Below are positions 1 to 8,826 of a stretch of DNA of 64,000 nt, piece after piece. The notes under the pieces are model-generated. The model searched no databases. It saw only the letters and a list, made by a program, of their open reading frames with translations, and was not told where the DNA came from. A program made the translations under genes and the position numbers. Origin of the DNA: Acidimicrobiia bacterium (lineage in GTDB: Bacteria > Actinomycetota > Acidimicrobiia > IMCC26256 > JAENVU01); contig JANPMG010000041.1 of NCBI GenBank assembly GCA_031422675.1, positions 7,166 through 71,165 of the forward strand, read 5' to 3'. The stretch's first letter is position 1, and each line of letters begins with the position of its first letter.

Positions 1-79
1 CCATCGGTGCGACCCCCGAACGGCGCGCCGCCACCACCGGCCAGTCCGGACACCACAAACACAACGTGCGAACCGCCAC
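1..79 (-). CDS. imuB: ImuB-like (Y-family polymerase-like) protein; only the N-terminal 26 codons are in the window and the gene runs off the left edge
   Basis: The reverse strand from GTG at 79-77 reads (M)AVRTLCLWCPDWPVVAARRSGVAPM. This contains the LWCPDWPV N-terminal signature of actinobacterial ImuB. It begins 3 nt after the imuA'-like stop (83-85). It is not in the ORF track because it has no stop in the window. Confidence 0.6.
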   Translation of the reverse strand, partial: MAVRTLCLWCPDWPVVAARRSGVAPM

Positions 80-82
80 GGG

Positions 83-796
83 TCACCCCGCGAGTTCGAG
101 CGGCGCGCGCATCGGCACCACGGTGGAGCGGCCACGGGTGGTGACCTCGACGACGGGTGCACGTGCAGTCAGGACACCGTCGCCCGCGCCGATCCCCGAC
201 CACGCTCCGCCCTGGGTCCGGAGCCGGACCGCGGCTTCCACCGGCCACGCACGCGCGTCGGGCGCGAACGCGACCAACACTGCGCCGCGCTCGCGCGCCC
301 GAGCCGCGAGCCGACGCGCATCACTCGCGCGCACCGCGCGCGGCACTTCGGCCAGCACGACGCTCACGCCGTCGAGGAGCGCCGCCACCACCGTGGCCCA
401 CCGGTCTCGCGGCACCGCGCGCACCACGGCGAAGCGCGCCAGGTCCACTCCGGCTTCCGCGGCGGCCAATCCGCCGAGCGTGCCGGAATCGTCCACCATC
501 GCCGCCCACTCACCCGCCGCAGTGGCGGCCGCGGCGATGCCCAACACCGCGCTCGTCAACCCGGATCCGGCGGCGCCACCTGCGGCGATCACCGTGCCCC
601 GCTGCACCGACGGAACTGCACCGGCCAACGGACCGGGCACGATCAACCCGCGATCCCGGGCCAACATCGTGGGCGCGCGGGCCGCGCCCACCGCCGCCAG
701 ATGCGCACGGGCGGCGGCGTCTCGCCGCGGGACGCCCGAGACATCACCCGAAACAACAACATCCGAGATTTCGGTGGGCGTCACGGTGGAACTCAT
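83..796 (-). CDS. imuA': ImuA'-like SOS mutasome accessory protein
   Basis: 237-aa ORF starting at ATG 796. The core GGAAGSGLTSAVLGIAAAATAAGEWAAMVDDSGTLGGLAAAEAGVDLARFAVVR and the C-terminal W.G.G.G...R pattern resemble mycobacterial ImuA' (Rv3395c type). It is followed directly by an imuB start and preceded by a LexA box. Confidence 0.6.
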   Translation of the reverse strand: MSSTVTPTEISDVVVSGDVSGVPRRDAAARAHLAAVGAARAPTMLARDRGLIVPGPLAGAVPSVQRGTVIAAGGAAGSGLTSAVLGIAAAATAAGEWAAMVDDSGTLGGLAAAEAGVDLARFAVVRAVPRDRWATVVAALLDGVSVVLAEVPRAVRASDARRLAARARERGAVLVAFAPDARAWPVEAAVRLRTQGGAWSGIGAGDGVLTARAPVVEVTTRGRSTVVPMRAPLELAG

Positions 797-809
797 GTCC
801 GAACGCTAC

Positions 810-823
810 CGAACGTACGTTCG
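810..823. promoter_or_regulatory. LexA (SOS) box CGAACGTACGTTCG
   Basis: Perfect palindrome matching the Gram-positive/actinobacterial consensus CGAAC-N4-GTTCG. It lies 13 nt upstream of the imuA' ATG. Confidence 0.6.
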
Positions 824-885
824 CCCGTCCATTCGCGGCTCGCCCATTCGCGGCCCGCCCATTCGCAGGGCGTCCGTTCGCGGGG
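822..885. repeat. Four tandem copies of a 15-nt unit (first copy 19 nt): CGCCC(GTCC)ATTCGCGGCT / CGCCCATTCGCGGCC / CGCCCATTCGCAGGG / CGTCCGTTCGCGGGG
   Basis: Read directly in the intergenic space between the stop at 892 and the imuA' start. It abuts the LexA box. Confidence 0.8.
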
Positions 886-891
886 CGGAAA

Positions 892-1269
892 TCAGTCGAG
901 GGCGACGGGGGGCGGTGCCTCGAGACCGCGCGCCTCGTATGACCAACCGGCGTCGTCGCCGTAGTACTCGAAGAGGTGCTCGATCAGGTACTGGACCCGG
1001 GGCTCGAACGTCGCCCAACTCTCGGCCGGCGCCTCGACGGTGACTGCATTCGAGTAGATCGTGACGCTCAGCGCACCGCCCTCGATGAGGCGAGCCGCGA
1101 GCACGTCGGGCGGACGCATGCCCTTGGACTTCGCTTCCTCGACTGTCGAATATCGCTCGAGTTCCATGCCCGTGAGCGACCGGTTGAGGTCGAAGAGACG
1201 GACGGCAGGAGACGCCCCCGCGCGTGATGTCACCGTGATCGGCTGGCCCATGACGGCGAGGTTACCCAT
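892..1269 (-). CDS. hypothetical protein (125 aa)
   Basis: ORF-track ORF. GGAG lies about 9 nt upstream of ATG 1269. I recognised no family by eye. Confidence 0.55.
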   Translation of the reverse strand: MGNLAVMGQPITVTSRAGASPAVRLFDLNRSLTGMELERYSTVEEAKSKGMRPPDVLAARLIEGGALSVTIYSNAVTVEAPAESWATFEPRVQYLIEHLFEYYGDDAGWSYEARGLEAPPPVALD

Positions 1270-1400
1270 TGGAACCGCTCCGTCTCGGCAAGACCCGAGC
1301 CGTAGTGAGGAACGAACGGAGGCGAGCAGATTCGCAGCGAGCCCACGAAACCCACATCCGTCAGAGCCGCGAGCGGAGAATCAATAAAGACGAGAATCAA

Positions 1401-2066
1401 TCAGAAAAGTCGTCCGGGGGCGGGGGCCAGGCCACTCCACACGAGGTCGTCCATGAAGACCCACGACCGGCGGTGGATGGTGGTGGGGCCATACGCCGCC
1501 AGCGCGTACTTGTGGACCGGCGCGGGATAACCCCGGTTGGACTCGAAGCCGTAGGCCGGGAAGTGCTCGGCCTCCTCGACCATCATTCCGTCGCGCTCCA
1601 CCTTGGCCACACAGCTGGCCGCGGCGACGGCGAGTGATGTGGCATCACCCTTGATGACCGTGGTGACCCGCTTCCCCATCCGGAGATAGTCGTGGTTCCC
1701 GTCGAGGATGATGCGGTCCGGTTCGAAACCCTGGGCCGCCAGCCCGGCGAGCGCGCGCAAACCTGCGGTCCGGAGCGCGGCGGTCATGCCGAGGGTGTCG
1801 CATTCTTCGTGCGACGCGTGACCGAACGCGTACGCCCGCGCCCACGCCCGCACCCGCCGCGCGGCCACCGCGCGCTGGTCCGGGTTCAACATCTTCGAGT
1901 CCCGGATCCCACTCAGGTGGTCCGGCGCCGGGATCACGGCGGCCACCGTGACCGGTCCCGCCCACGCACCGCGGCCCACCTCGTCGATGCCGCACACGAG
2001 GTGATCCCCCGCCTGCCAGCACTTGCGTTCGAGGCGCAGGCTGGGGCGGGGACGGGTGGCGACCAC
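1401..2066 (-). CDS. rnhB: ribonuclease HII
   Basis: CGIDEVGRGAWAGPV...DSK...ILDGNHDY...GDATSLAVAAAS.VAKV.RD...GY are the RNase HII motifs. The ORF is open to 2339, but I place the start at GTG 2066 because 2118-2321 is better explained by a plus-strand gene. Confidence 0.85.
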   Translation of the reverse strand: MVATRPRPSLRLERKCWQAGDHLVCGIDEVGRGAWAGPVTVAAVIPAPDHLSGIRDSKMLNPDQRAVAARRVRAWARAYAFGHASHEECDTLGMTAALRTAGLRALAGLAAQGFEPDRIILDGNHDYLRMGKRVTTVIKGDATSLAVAAASCVAKVERDGMMVEEAEHFPAYGFESNRGYPAPVHKYALAAYGPTTIHRRSWVFMDDLVWSGLAPAPGRLF

Positions 2067-2117
2067 CGCCCGACCGTACCAAGGCACACCACCGTCGGTC
2101 GGGTTTACGATCCGGGC

Positions 2118-2321
2118 GTGCAGACCGGGACCCGCGTCGAGGTGCGATCGAGATTCGATCAGCGATGGGCGCGCGGCTTCGAGGTGGTCGAGGCGGTCGA
2201 GGAACCGCGGCCCGGATATCTGATTCGGCGCCGGTCGGACAACTCGATCCTGCCGCTCGTGTTCGACCCCGAAGAGGTGCGTGAGGAACGCCGTCGCACG
2301 AACGACATGTGGTGGGTCTGA
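2118..2321 (+). CDS. small hypothetical protein (67 aa; MQTGTRVEVRSRFDQRWARGFEVV...NDMWWV)
   Basis: GTG start. Third codon positions in this frame are almost all G/C, whereas the antisense rnhB-extension frame puts its third positions on the less G/C-rich first positions of this frame. Confidence 0.5.
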   Translation: MQTGTRVEVRSRFDQRWARGFEVVEAVEEPRPGYLIRRRSDNSILPLVFDPEEVREERRRTNDMWWV

Positions 2322-2354
2322 ACGGGCGATCGAGCCCACCCGGAGATCAGCGCG

Positions 2355-2645
2355 TCAGGTAGACCGCAGGGTTTCGATCAACGTCTCGATCGGGAGCGCC
2401 TGCATCGTGGTCGTGCGCATCGTGCCGCGTGCCGCGAGTGAGACCGCGGCTTTGGCCATCGTGGCCTCGTCGGGCGCCTCGATGAGGTTCAGGAAGTCCC
2501 ACTGCCCCATGAGCGCGTACTGGGCGAGGACCTTCAGCCCCATGGACTCGACCTCGTCGCTCACCTCGCGCAGACGGTCCGGATTCTCACGCAATGTCGC
2601 CCAACCACCGGGCCCGAGCGTGCTCAACATGACGTAGGTAGGCAC
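2355..2645 (-). CDS. GYD domain-containing protein
   Basis: VPTYVMLSTLGPGGW...LKVLAQYALMGQWDFLNLIEAPDEATMAKA matches the GYD family pattern. GTG start at 2645. Confidence 0.8.
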   Translation of the reverse strand: MPTYVMLSTLGPGGWATLRENPDRLREVSDEVESMGLKVLAQYALMGQWDFLNLIEAPDEATMAKAAVSLAARGTMRTTTMQALPIETLIETLRST

Positions 2646-2656
2646 GGAATGGGAGC

Positions 2657-3313
2657 CTAATCCGGGCCGATCAGGGCGAGTCGGACATCGTCGAGGCAGG
2701 CGAACGAAACGAACTCGATGCCTGATTCCGCGCACCAGCGAGCGAGTCCGTCCTTGGCGAAGACGATGTCCGCGACCGCGGCGGCCCGACGGTCACTTGC
2801 ACCGTCACCGACCAGCACCGTGGTTCGTCCTCTCCCGGCTGCAGCTTCGATCGGCATCCGCTTGCACGTGCCGCATGCGGCGCAGGGACAGCCGTCGTCG
2901 GCGTTCGGAAACTTCAGTTCGAGCGTGTCCCAGTCCACCGCACTGGAGCGGATCTCCACGCCGAGGGATCGGAGGTGACCGACCTGATCGTCGAGATAGA
3001 AGCCGTAACCGTCCGAGACGATCGAGACATCCGCACCTCGAGTGCGCAGCATCCGGACCAGGTACTCCAAGCCGGCATCGAGCGACACGCCGGCCGCGAC
3101 CGCTCGGCGCGTCGCCTCGTCACCGTCGAGCATCGCCCACTCCGCGAGCAGGCAGTCCCGACTCCCCAGATCGCCGGCGAGGTACTGCGCCTCGACCGCC
3201 TTCCACTCCGGAGGCGCCAGCTGCTCGAGGAGATGAACGCACGTGTCGGCGGTGCTGATGGTGCCGTCGAAGTCGAGGAACACCGCGGTTCGGGCAAGGT
3301 CGGGCCGCAGCAT
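2657..3313 (-). CDS. HAD-IB family phosphatase (MtnX-like)
   Basis: FLDFDGT motif I, the C-terminal GDGASD motif, and the CPCAACGTCK cysteine cluster typical of MtnX-like HAD enzymes. ATG at 3313. Confidence 0.8.
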   Translation of the reverse strand: MLRPDLARTAVFLDFDGTISTADTCVHLLEQLAPPEWKAVEAQYLAGDLGSRDCLLAEWAMLDGDEATRRAVAAGVSLDAGLEYLVRMLRTRGADVSIVSDGYGFYLDDQVGHLRSLGVEIRSSAVDWDTLELKFPNADDGCPCAACGTCKRMPIEAAAGRGRTTVLVGDGASDRRAAAVADIVFAKDGLARWCAESGIEFVSFACLDDVRLALIGPD

Positions 3314-3392
3314 CCGCGTCAGGGTACGGGTCGTCGTCCGCCGACCACGACCAAATCGGGCACAATGGTCCTCTTCACTGGGAGGTGGACGA

Positions 3393-4835
3393 GTGGATCT
3401 CGACCGGAGACAGTTCCTCAAGCGTGCCGGCATCACCGGGGGCGCGCTCGCGGCGATGGCCGCGTTGCCCGGCTGCCGGACGTTGTTCCCGCCGGGCTAC
3501 GAACCCGGCGCCACCATCCTCGACGGCCTCGCGTCCGATTCACCGGTCGACACCGTGGTGATCGTGATGATGGAGAACCGGTCCTTCGACCACTGGCTCG
3601 GTTGGCTCGGCGCCCATGAGCAATACCTCGAGCGCGGTCGTAACCGGTACGGCGAGTTCTTCGGGATCAACGCCAACAATCAAGCGGTGATCCCGGGGCC
3701 CAACGGTCCCGAACCCACCCGGCACATGGTGGGCTGGGAGGTGCTGACGGACCCGTACCGCGGGTGTGACCTGACCGACCCGAATCACGGGTGGACGTCC
3801 GGGCGCGCCCAGCGCGATCTCGGGTTTCTCGCGCCGACCGCCAACGACGACCTGCTGCCCGTCGGCTACTACGAAGCCGAGGATCTCGCCTTCACTCGGA
3901 ACTTCGTCAAGCGGTTCACCACCTTCGACGACTACCACTGCTCGTTGCTCGGACCGACCTGGCCGAACCGCCACTACCTCCACGGCGCGCAGTCCGGCGG
4001 GACCAAGTCCAACGCGTTTCCGGGCGAGCCGTTCGCGTGGCCGCTCATCTGGGAGAAGCTCGCCGCGGCGGGCGTGTCGGCGAAGTACTACTACTCGGAC
4101 CTCCCGTTCGTCGCGCTGTACGGCGCGCGGATGACGCCGTTCATGGCACCCATCGCCGACTACTACACCGACTGCGCCAACGGCACGCTGCCCAGCGTGG
4201 TAATGCTCGACCCCACGTTCTTCGGCGCAGCCCAGAACGACGATCACCCACTCGCCGACATCCGCAGCGGGCAAGCGTTCCAGCGCGACGTGTTCAGCGC
4301 GTTCGCGTCGTCCCGTCACTGGGATTCGGGAGTCTTCGTCCTCACCTACGACGAGTGGGGCGGATTCTTCGACCATGTCGAGCCCCCGCACTTCGCCGAC
4401 GATCGGGCCAACGCGCTCGACGCGGACGACTTCTCCCAGGCCGGGTTCCGCGTCCCGACGATCGTCGCGTCGCCCTTCGCCCGCCCCGGGTTCGTCGATC
4501 GACGGGCGTACGATCACGCGTCGATCCTGCGCTTCCTCGAGTGGCGGTTCCTCGGCGCTCCGCCCGAAGGCCCGGGAGCTGCGGGAGATTCGTGGTTCCT
4601 GACCCGGCGGGACCAGTACTCGCTGAACCTCGGCGCGAGTCTCGCCGGCTCGATCGTGGACAAGGAACTGTGGTTCGACATCGATCACCCGATCGCGCCG
4701 CCGTCACCACCGTGCGGCGCCGAGGCGGGGCGCTCGGCGATGTCGCGTTCGGTGCTCGAAGCGTCCGACCCCGCGTTCGACGAACTCGCGTGGAAGGCCT
4801 ACCTCGATCAGCAGCGGTTCAGAGTTCCGGCCTGA
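3393..4835 (+). CDS. Tat-exported phosphoesterase family protein (phospholipase C / acid phosphatase type)
   Basis: Twin-arginine signal DRRQFLKRAGITGGALAAMAALPGC. The VVIVMMENRSFDHWLGWL and TYDEWGGFFDHV motifs belong to the phosphoesterase (PLC/AcpA) family. GTG 3393 is preceded by GGAGG. Confidence 0.85.
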   Translation: MDLDRRQFLKRAGITGGALAAMAALPGCRTLFPPGYEPGATILDGLASDSPVDTVVIVMMENRSFDHWLGWLGAHEQYLERGRNRYGEFFGINANNQAVIPGPNGPEPTRHMVGWEVLTDPYRGCDLTDPNHGWTSGRAQRDLGFLAPTANDDLLPVGYYEAEDLAFTRNFVKRFTTFDDYHCSLLGPTWPNRHYLHGAQSGGTKSNAFPGEPFAWPLIWEKLAAAGVSAKYYYSDLPFVALYGARMTPFMAPIADYYTDCANGTLPSVVMLDPTFFGAAQNDDHPLADIRSGQAFQRDVFSAFASSRHWDSGVFVLTYDEWGGFFDHVEPPHFADDRANALDADDFSQAGFRVPTIVASPFARPGFVDRRAYDHASILRFLEWRFLGAPPEGPGAAGDSWFLTRRDQYSLNLGASLAGSIVDKELWFDIDHPIAPPSPPCGAEAGRSAMSRSVLEASDPAFDELAWKAYLDQQRFRVPA

Positions 4836-4931
4836 TCGGTCCGCCCGCAGACGCGAACGGGAGGCCGGCCTCAACCTGACCACTCGATGACTCCGACGTG
4901 ACCTGCGAGCAGCAGGAATAGGGTCTCGTCA

Positions 4932-7670
4932 ATGGCTGAACCGACGGTGGTTGCGATCGTCCCCCATACCCACTGGGACCGGGAGTGGTACTCGCCGTTC
5001 CAGACCTTTCGGGTGCGCCTGGTGAAGCTGCTCGACGAGCTGCTCCCGCTCCTCGAACACGATCTTTCCTACGCCCGGTTCCTCCTCGACGGGCAGACCG
5101 CGGTGTTGGACGACTACCTCGAGGTCCGGCCCGAGGCCGCCGCCGCGCTCGGCCGGCTCGCGGCGAGCCAGCGCCTCTCCATCGGGCCATGGATGATCCT
5201 CATGGACGAGTTCATGGTGTCTGGCGAGACGATCATCCGGGACCTGCAGATGGGGATCCGGCGCGCCACGGACTTCGGTGGCCCGATGGAAGTGGGCTAC
5301 CTGCCGGACATGTTCGGTCACGTCGCGCAGATGCCCCAGATTCTGCGAGCGGCCGGGTTGGAACACGCGATCGTCTGGCGCGGCGTCCCGTCGGAGGTGA
5401 CCCAAAGTGCGTTCTGGTGGGACGCGCCCGACGGCTCCCGCGTGCGCGCCGAGTACCTCTACGGCTCGTACTCCAACGGCCGTGATCTTCCCGACGATGC
5501 GAAAGCGCTCATCGGCCGCGCCGCGAACTTCGAGCAGGAGATCGGCGACGCCCGGATTCCCGGCAGCGGCCTATTGCTCATGAACGGCACCGACCACCAG
5601 ATGCCCCAGCCGTGGCTCGGCCGGATCGTCTCCGAAGCGAATGCGGTGCAGGACGACTACCGCTTCGAGGTCACATCGCTCCCCGAGTACCTGGCCACCC
5701 AGCCCACCGCAGGGTTGCGGACCTGGACGGGCGAGCTGCGCTCGGGCGCCCGGGCGAACGTGCTGATGGGCGTGGCGTCCAACCGCGTCGACGTGCACCG
5801 CGCGTGCGCGGCGGCCGAACGTTCACTCGAACGGCGCGCCGAACCCCTTTCGGCGTTGCTGCTCTCGGCTGCCGATTACCCCGACCGCCTGCTGGAGATC
5901 GCGTGGCGGCTGCTCGTGCTGAACAGTGCGCATGATTCTTCGTGCGCGTGCAGCGCCGACGAGGTGGTCGACGCAGTCCAGGTCCGGTATGAAGAAGCGC
6001 GCCAGGTTGGGGACAGCCTCGCCCGCGATGCGATCCATGCGCTCGGCCGCGCGATCGACGCGCCGCGTGGTTCCACCGTCGTCGTCAACGCCAGTGGGTT
6101 CGACCGCGGTGGAATCATCTCGCTGAAGGTGCCCGGCGACGGCCCCGTCCACCTCGAATGTGTCGAGGACGGCTCGGTCTTTCCCGCGCAGGTCGTCACG
6201 ACCCTCGGTGGTGTCGGGTTCGCCACCACGGTGACCGGTGAGCAGGTCTCGCTCGTCACCGAGATGATGCGCGGTCCCGAGTTCGCGGGCGCGCGCATCG
6301 CGGCCTACGAGCTCGAACGGACCGGCCGCGGCGACGCCACGCTCACCTGCACCACCGCCGCTCCCGACGAAGCGGCCACCGATCTCGAATCACTGCGCGA
6401 GGAACTCGTCGAACTCGGACGCGCCGGCGTCGCCATCTCCGTCCGCGTGATGCGGACCCCCACGCGCGACGTGATCGCGCGCGTCGAGGACATTCCGGGA
6501 TTCGGTTGGCGCACATTCCGGGCCGTCGACGGCGCCGGACCGGCCACCGCGGTGCGCGCCGGCGAACACTTCCTCGCCAACGAACACCTCGAACTCGAGG
6601 TCGATCCGCATACCGGCACCTACACGATCACCACCACCGACGGGGTCACGGTGGCGGGGCTCGGACGGCTCGTCGAGGGCGGTGACGGCGGCGACACGTA
6701 CAACTACTCACCGCCGACAAACGACGTGATCATCGACCGACCCGAGGCGGTGACCGTCACGCGCCACCAGGACGGACCGGTCCAGTCCCAGCTCCGCGTG
6801 CTCACGTGGTACCGCTGGCCGCATCACGCCGTGGGGAACGAGCGGTCGTGCAGCCACCGCAGCGACGAACAACTCCTCACCGAGGTGATCACCACCCTGG
6901 AGGTCCGCGCCGGGGAGCCCTTCGTCCGCGTCCGCACCGAGCTGGACCACCGGTGTCGCGATCATCGTCTGCGCGCGCACTTCCCGTTGCCGCATCCGGT
7001 CGACCGGTCCCATGCCGAGTGCGCATTCGCGGTCGTCGAGCGCGGCCTCACCACCGAAGGCGGTCCCCACGAGACGCCCCTGCCCACCTTCGTCTCCCGC
7101 CGGTTCGTCGATGCCTCCGACGGCACCGCCGGGGTCGCACTGATTCACGACGGGCTGTTGGAGTACGAGCTCGTCGACGGCGGCTCCGAGCTCGCGCTCA
7201 CCCTGCTGCGCGCCACCGGCTACCTGTCACGGTCGGAGCTGTCACTGCGCCCGAACCCCGCCGGACCCCTCGACGCCTTGGAGGGCCCGCAGCTCCAAGG
7301 CCCGCTCGCGGTGGAGTACGCCGTCGCAGTCCACGCCGGCACGTGGGTGGAAGCCGATCTCTACGCCCGTGCCGACGACGTGCTCGTGCCCCTGGACCGC
7401 ACCCGCGTGCAAGGCGGCGGAACCCGGCGCAGCACCGAACAACCCCTCCAGGTCCGGGGTGCCGTCACGTCCGCGCTGTGTCGCGAGGCCGACGGGCTCA
7501 CGCTCCGGGTGTTCAATCCACTCGCCGAGACGACCGTGGTCGAGATCGACCTCGACGCCACCCCGGCACGCGGCTGGCTCGTCGACCTTCGCGGGCGACC
7601 GCAATCGCGGTTCGAGACCGGCTTCGAACTCCGCGGCGGCGGGATCGCCACCGTCCGGCTCGACGAGTAG
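4932..7670 (+). CDS. glycoside hydrolase family 38 alpha-mannosidase-like protein
   Basis: N-terminal VPHTHWDREWY and MNGTDHQ motifs; 912 aa, typical of bacterial GH38 enzymes. Confidence 0.9.
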   Translation: MAEPTVVAIVPHTHWDREWYSPFQTFRVRLVKLLDELLPLLEHDLSYARFLLDGQTAVLDDYLEVRPEAAAALGRLAASQRLSIGPWMILMDEFMVSGETIIRDLQMGIRRATDFGGPMEVGYLPDMFGHVAQMPQILRAAGLEHAIVWRGVPSEVTQSAFWWDAPDGSRVRAEYLYGSYSNGRDLPDDAKALIGRAANFEQEIGDARIPGSGLLLMNGTDHQMPQPWLGRIVSEANAVQDDYRFEVTSLPEYLATQPTAGLRTWTGELRSGARANVLMGVASNRVDVHRACAAAERSLERRAEPLSALLLSAADYPDRLLEIAWRLLVLNSAHDSSCACSADEVVDAVQVRYEEARQVGDSLARDAIHALGRAIDAPRGSTVVVNASGFDRGGIISLKVPGDGPVHLECVEDGSVFPAQVVTTLGGVGFATTVTGEQVSLVTEMMRGPEFAGARIAAYELERTGRGDATLTCTTAAPDEAATDLESLREELVELGRAGVAISVRVMRTPTRDVIARVEDIPGFGWRTFRAVDGAGPATAVRAGEHFLANEHLELEVDPHTGTYTITTTDGVTVAGLGRLVEGGDGGDTYNYSPPTNDVIIDRPEAVTVTRHQDGPVQSQLRVLTWYRWPHHAVGNERSCSHRSDEQLLTEVITTLEVRAGEPFVRVRTELDHRCRDHRLRAHFPLPHPVDRSHAECAFAVVERGLTTEGGPHETPLPTFVSRRFVDASDGTAGVALIHDGLLEYELVDGGSELALTLLRATGYLSRSELSLRPNPAGPLDALEGPQLQGPLAVEYAVAVHAGTWVEADLYARADDVLVPLDRTRVQGGGTRRSTEQPLQVRGAVTSALCREADGLTLRVFNPLAETTVVEIDLDATPARGWLVDLRGRPQSRFETGFELRGGGIATVRLDE

Positions 7671-7698
7671 CCGGTCGACGAGTAGCGGCCCGACGAGC

Positions 7699-8826
7699 TC
7701 AGACCGGGGTCGGCCGGAGGAGGGCTTCGCCGACCGGGTCGTGCGTGGCCCAGCCCGGCGCGATCATCGGGACCCGGATTGCCAACCCCCGGGTCGGTTC
7801 GGCCACCTCCCACAACAGCGCGGGATGCTCCCCGTGCCACCGCAATGCAAACGAAATCCGGCCGAACCGAGTAGGCGCGTCGAAGACTTCGAGATCCACC
7901 CCCGGAGCGGGCGGCTGGTGGAGCAGTTCCAATCCGGTCTCGGTGTCGCGCACGTAACCGTCCCGGGCGCGCAACAGAGTCCCCGCGGGACCGATCTCGG
8001 CGAGAAGATCGCCGCGCCAGCGCGCCCGCTTCCGCTCTCTGAGCGACAGGCCGCGCCAGACCCATTCGGCGGCCTCGTCGAAACCCCAATCTTCCAGCGC
8101 CGCGAATGTGCCCGCGGACGGGTCGGGATCGAGCAGGACCTGACTGCGAGCAAGATCGAGGTCGGCGCGCCCGGCCGCGGTGACACTGACCCGCATCGCC
8201 CGATCCAGATGGTGACGCCATCCACGCGCCGCGGCATCCGGAGTCGGGACCTGCGCCAGATCCACCGAGGGGATCACATCCCCGGTCACCGCTCCGATGC
8301 GCAGCCGGTTCCGATGACTGAGCGGAAAGAGCAGTGCGGCACAGAGGGTCCCGGGCGGGAACTGGCGTGGTTCGATGAGTCCGGTCTGCGCGCCGCACTG
8401 CTCCGGTTCCAAATCGAGATCCGTGACATCCCAACGCGGGGGCGGAAACGGCAGGACCAGTGCGACGCGACCGTCGACGAGAACCTGGTTCCCGTCGATC
8501 GCAATCGAGGTCGCGCCGCGCACCACGAACGCCACGATGCACGCGGCCGGTGATGCGTTCTCCACTTCGACCACCACGACGTCACCCGGACCGCCGATGC
8601 CGTAGACGCGTTGGATGGCGTCGCCGCTCGGCACCTTCACCCGAGTTTCGGCCACCGGCGCACCGGCAATCGCTTCCTGGCGAACCGCGGGTTCACGGGC
8701 CGGCACCCGCCAGCGGTCGTCCGCCCCGATCCACCAGTCGAGGGTCCAGGACTCACCGGCGACGACCAGCGCGCCGCGCGCGTCGACCACGGCCCGCCCG
8801 GGACCCCCGAGTGCGCCGACGATCAC
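7699..8826 (-). CDS. hypothetical protein (375 aa)
   Basis: Its GTG start overlaps the gpsA stop (GTGA), which places it as the last gene of the plsC-gpsA unit. No family recognised. Confidence 0.6.
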   Translation of the reverse strand: MIVGALGGPGRAVVDARGALVVAGESWTLDWWIGADDRWRVPAREPAVRQEAIAGAPVAETRVKVPSGDAIQRVYGIGGPGDVVVVEVENASPAACIVAFVVRGATSIAIDGNQVLVDGRVALVLPFPPPRWDVTDLDLEPEQCGAQTGLIEPRQFPPGTLCAALLFPLSHRNRLRIGAVTGDVIPSVDLAQVPTPDAAARGWRHHLDRAMRVSVTAAGRADLDLARSQVLLDPDPSAGTFAALEDWGFDEAAEWVWRGLSLRERKRARWRGDLLAEIGPAGTLLRARDGYVRDTETGLELLHQPPAPGVDLEVFDAPTRFGRISFALRWHGEHPALLWEVAEPTRGLAIRVPMIAPGWATHDPVGEALLRPTPV

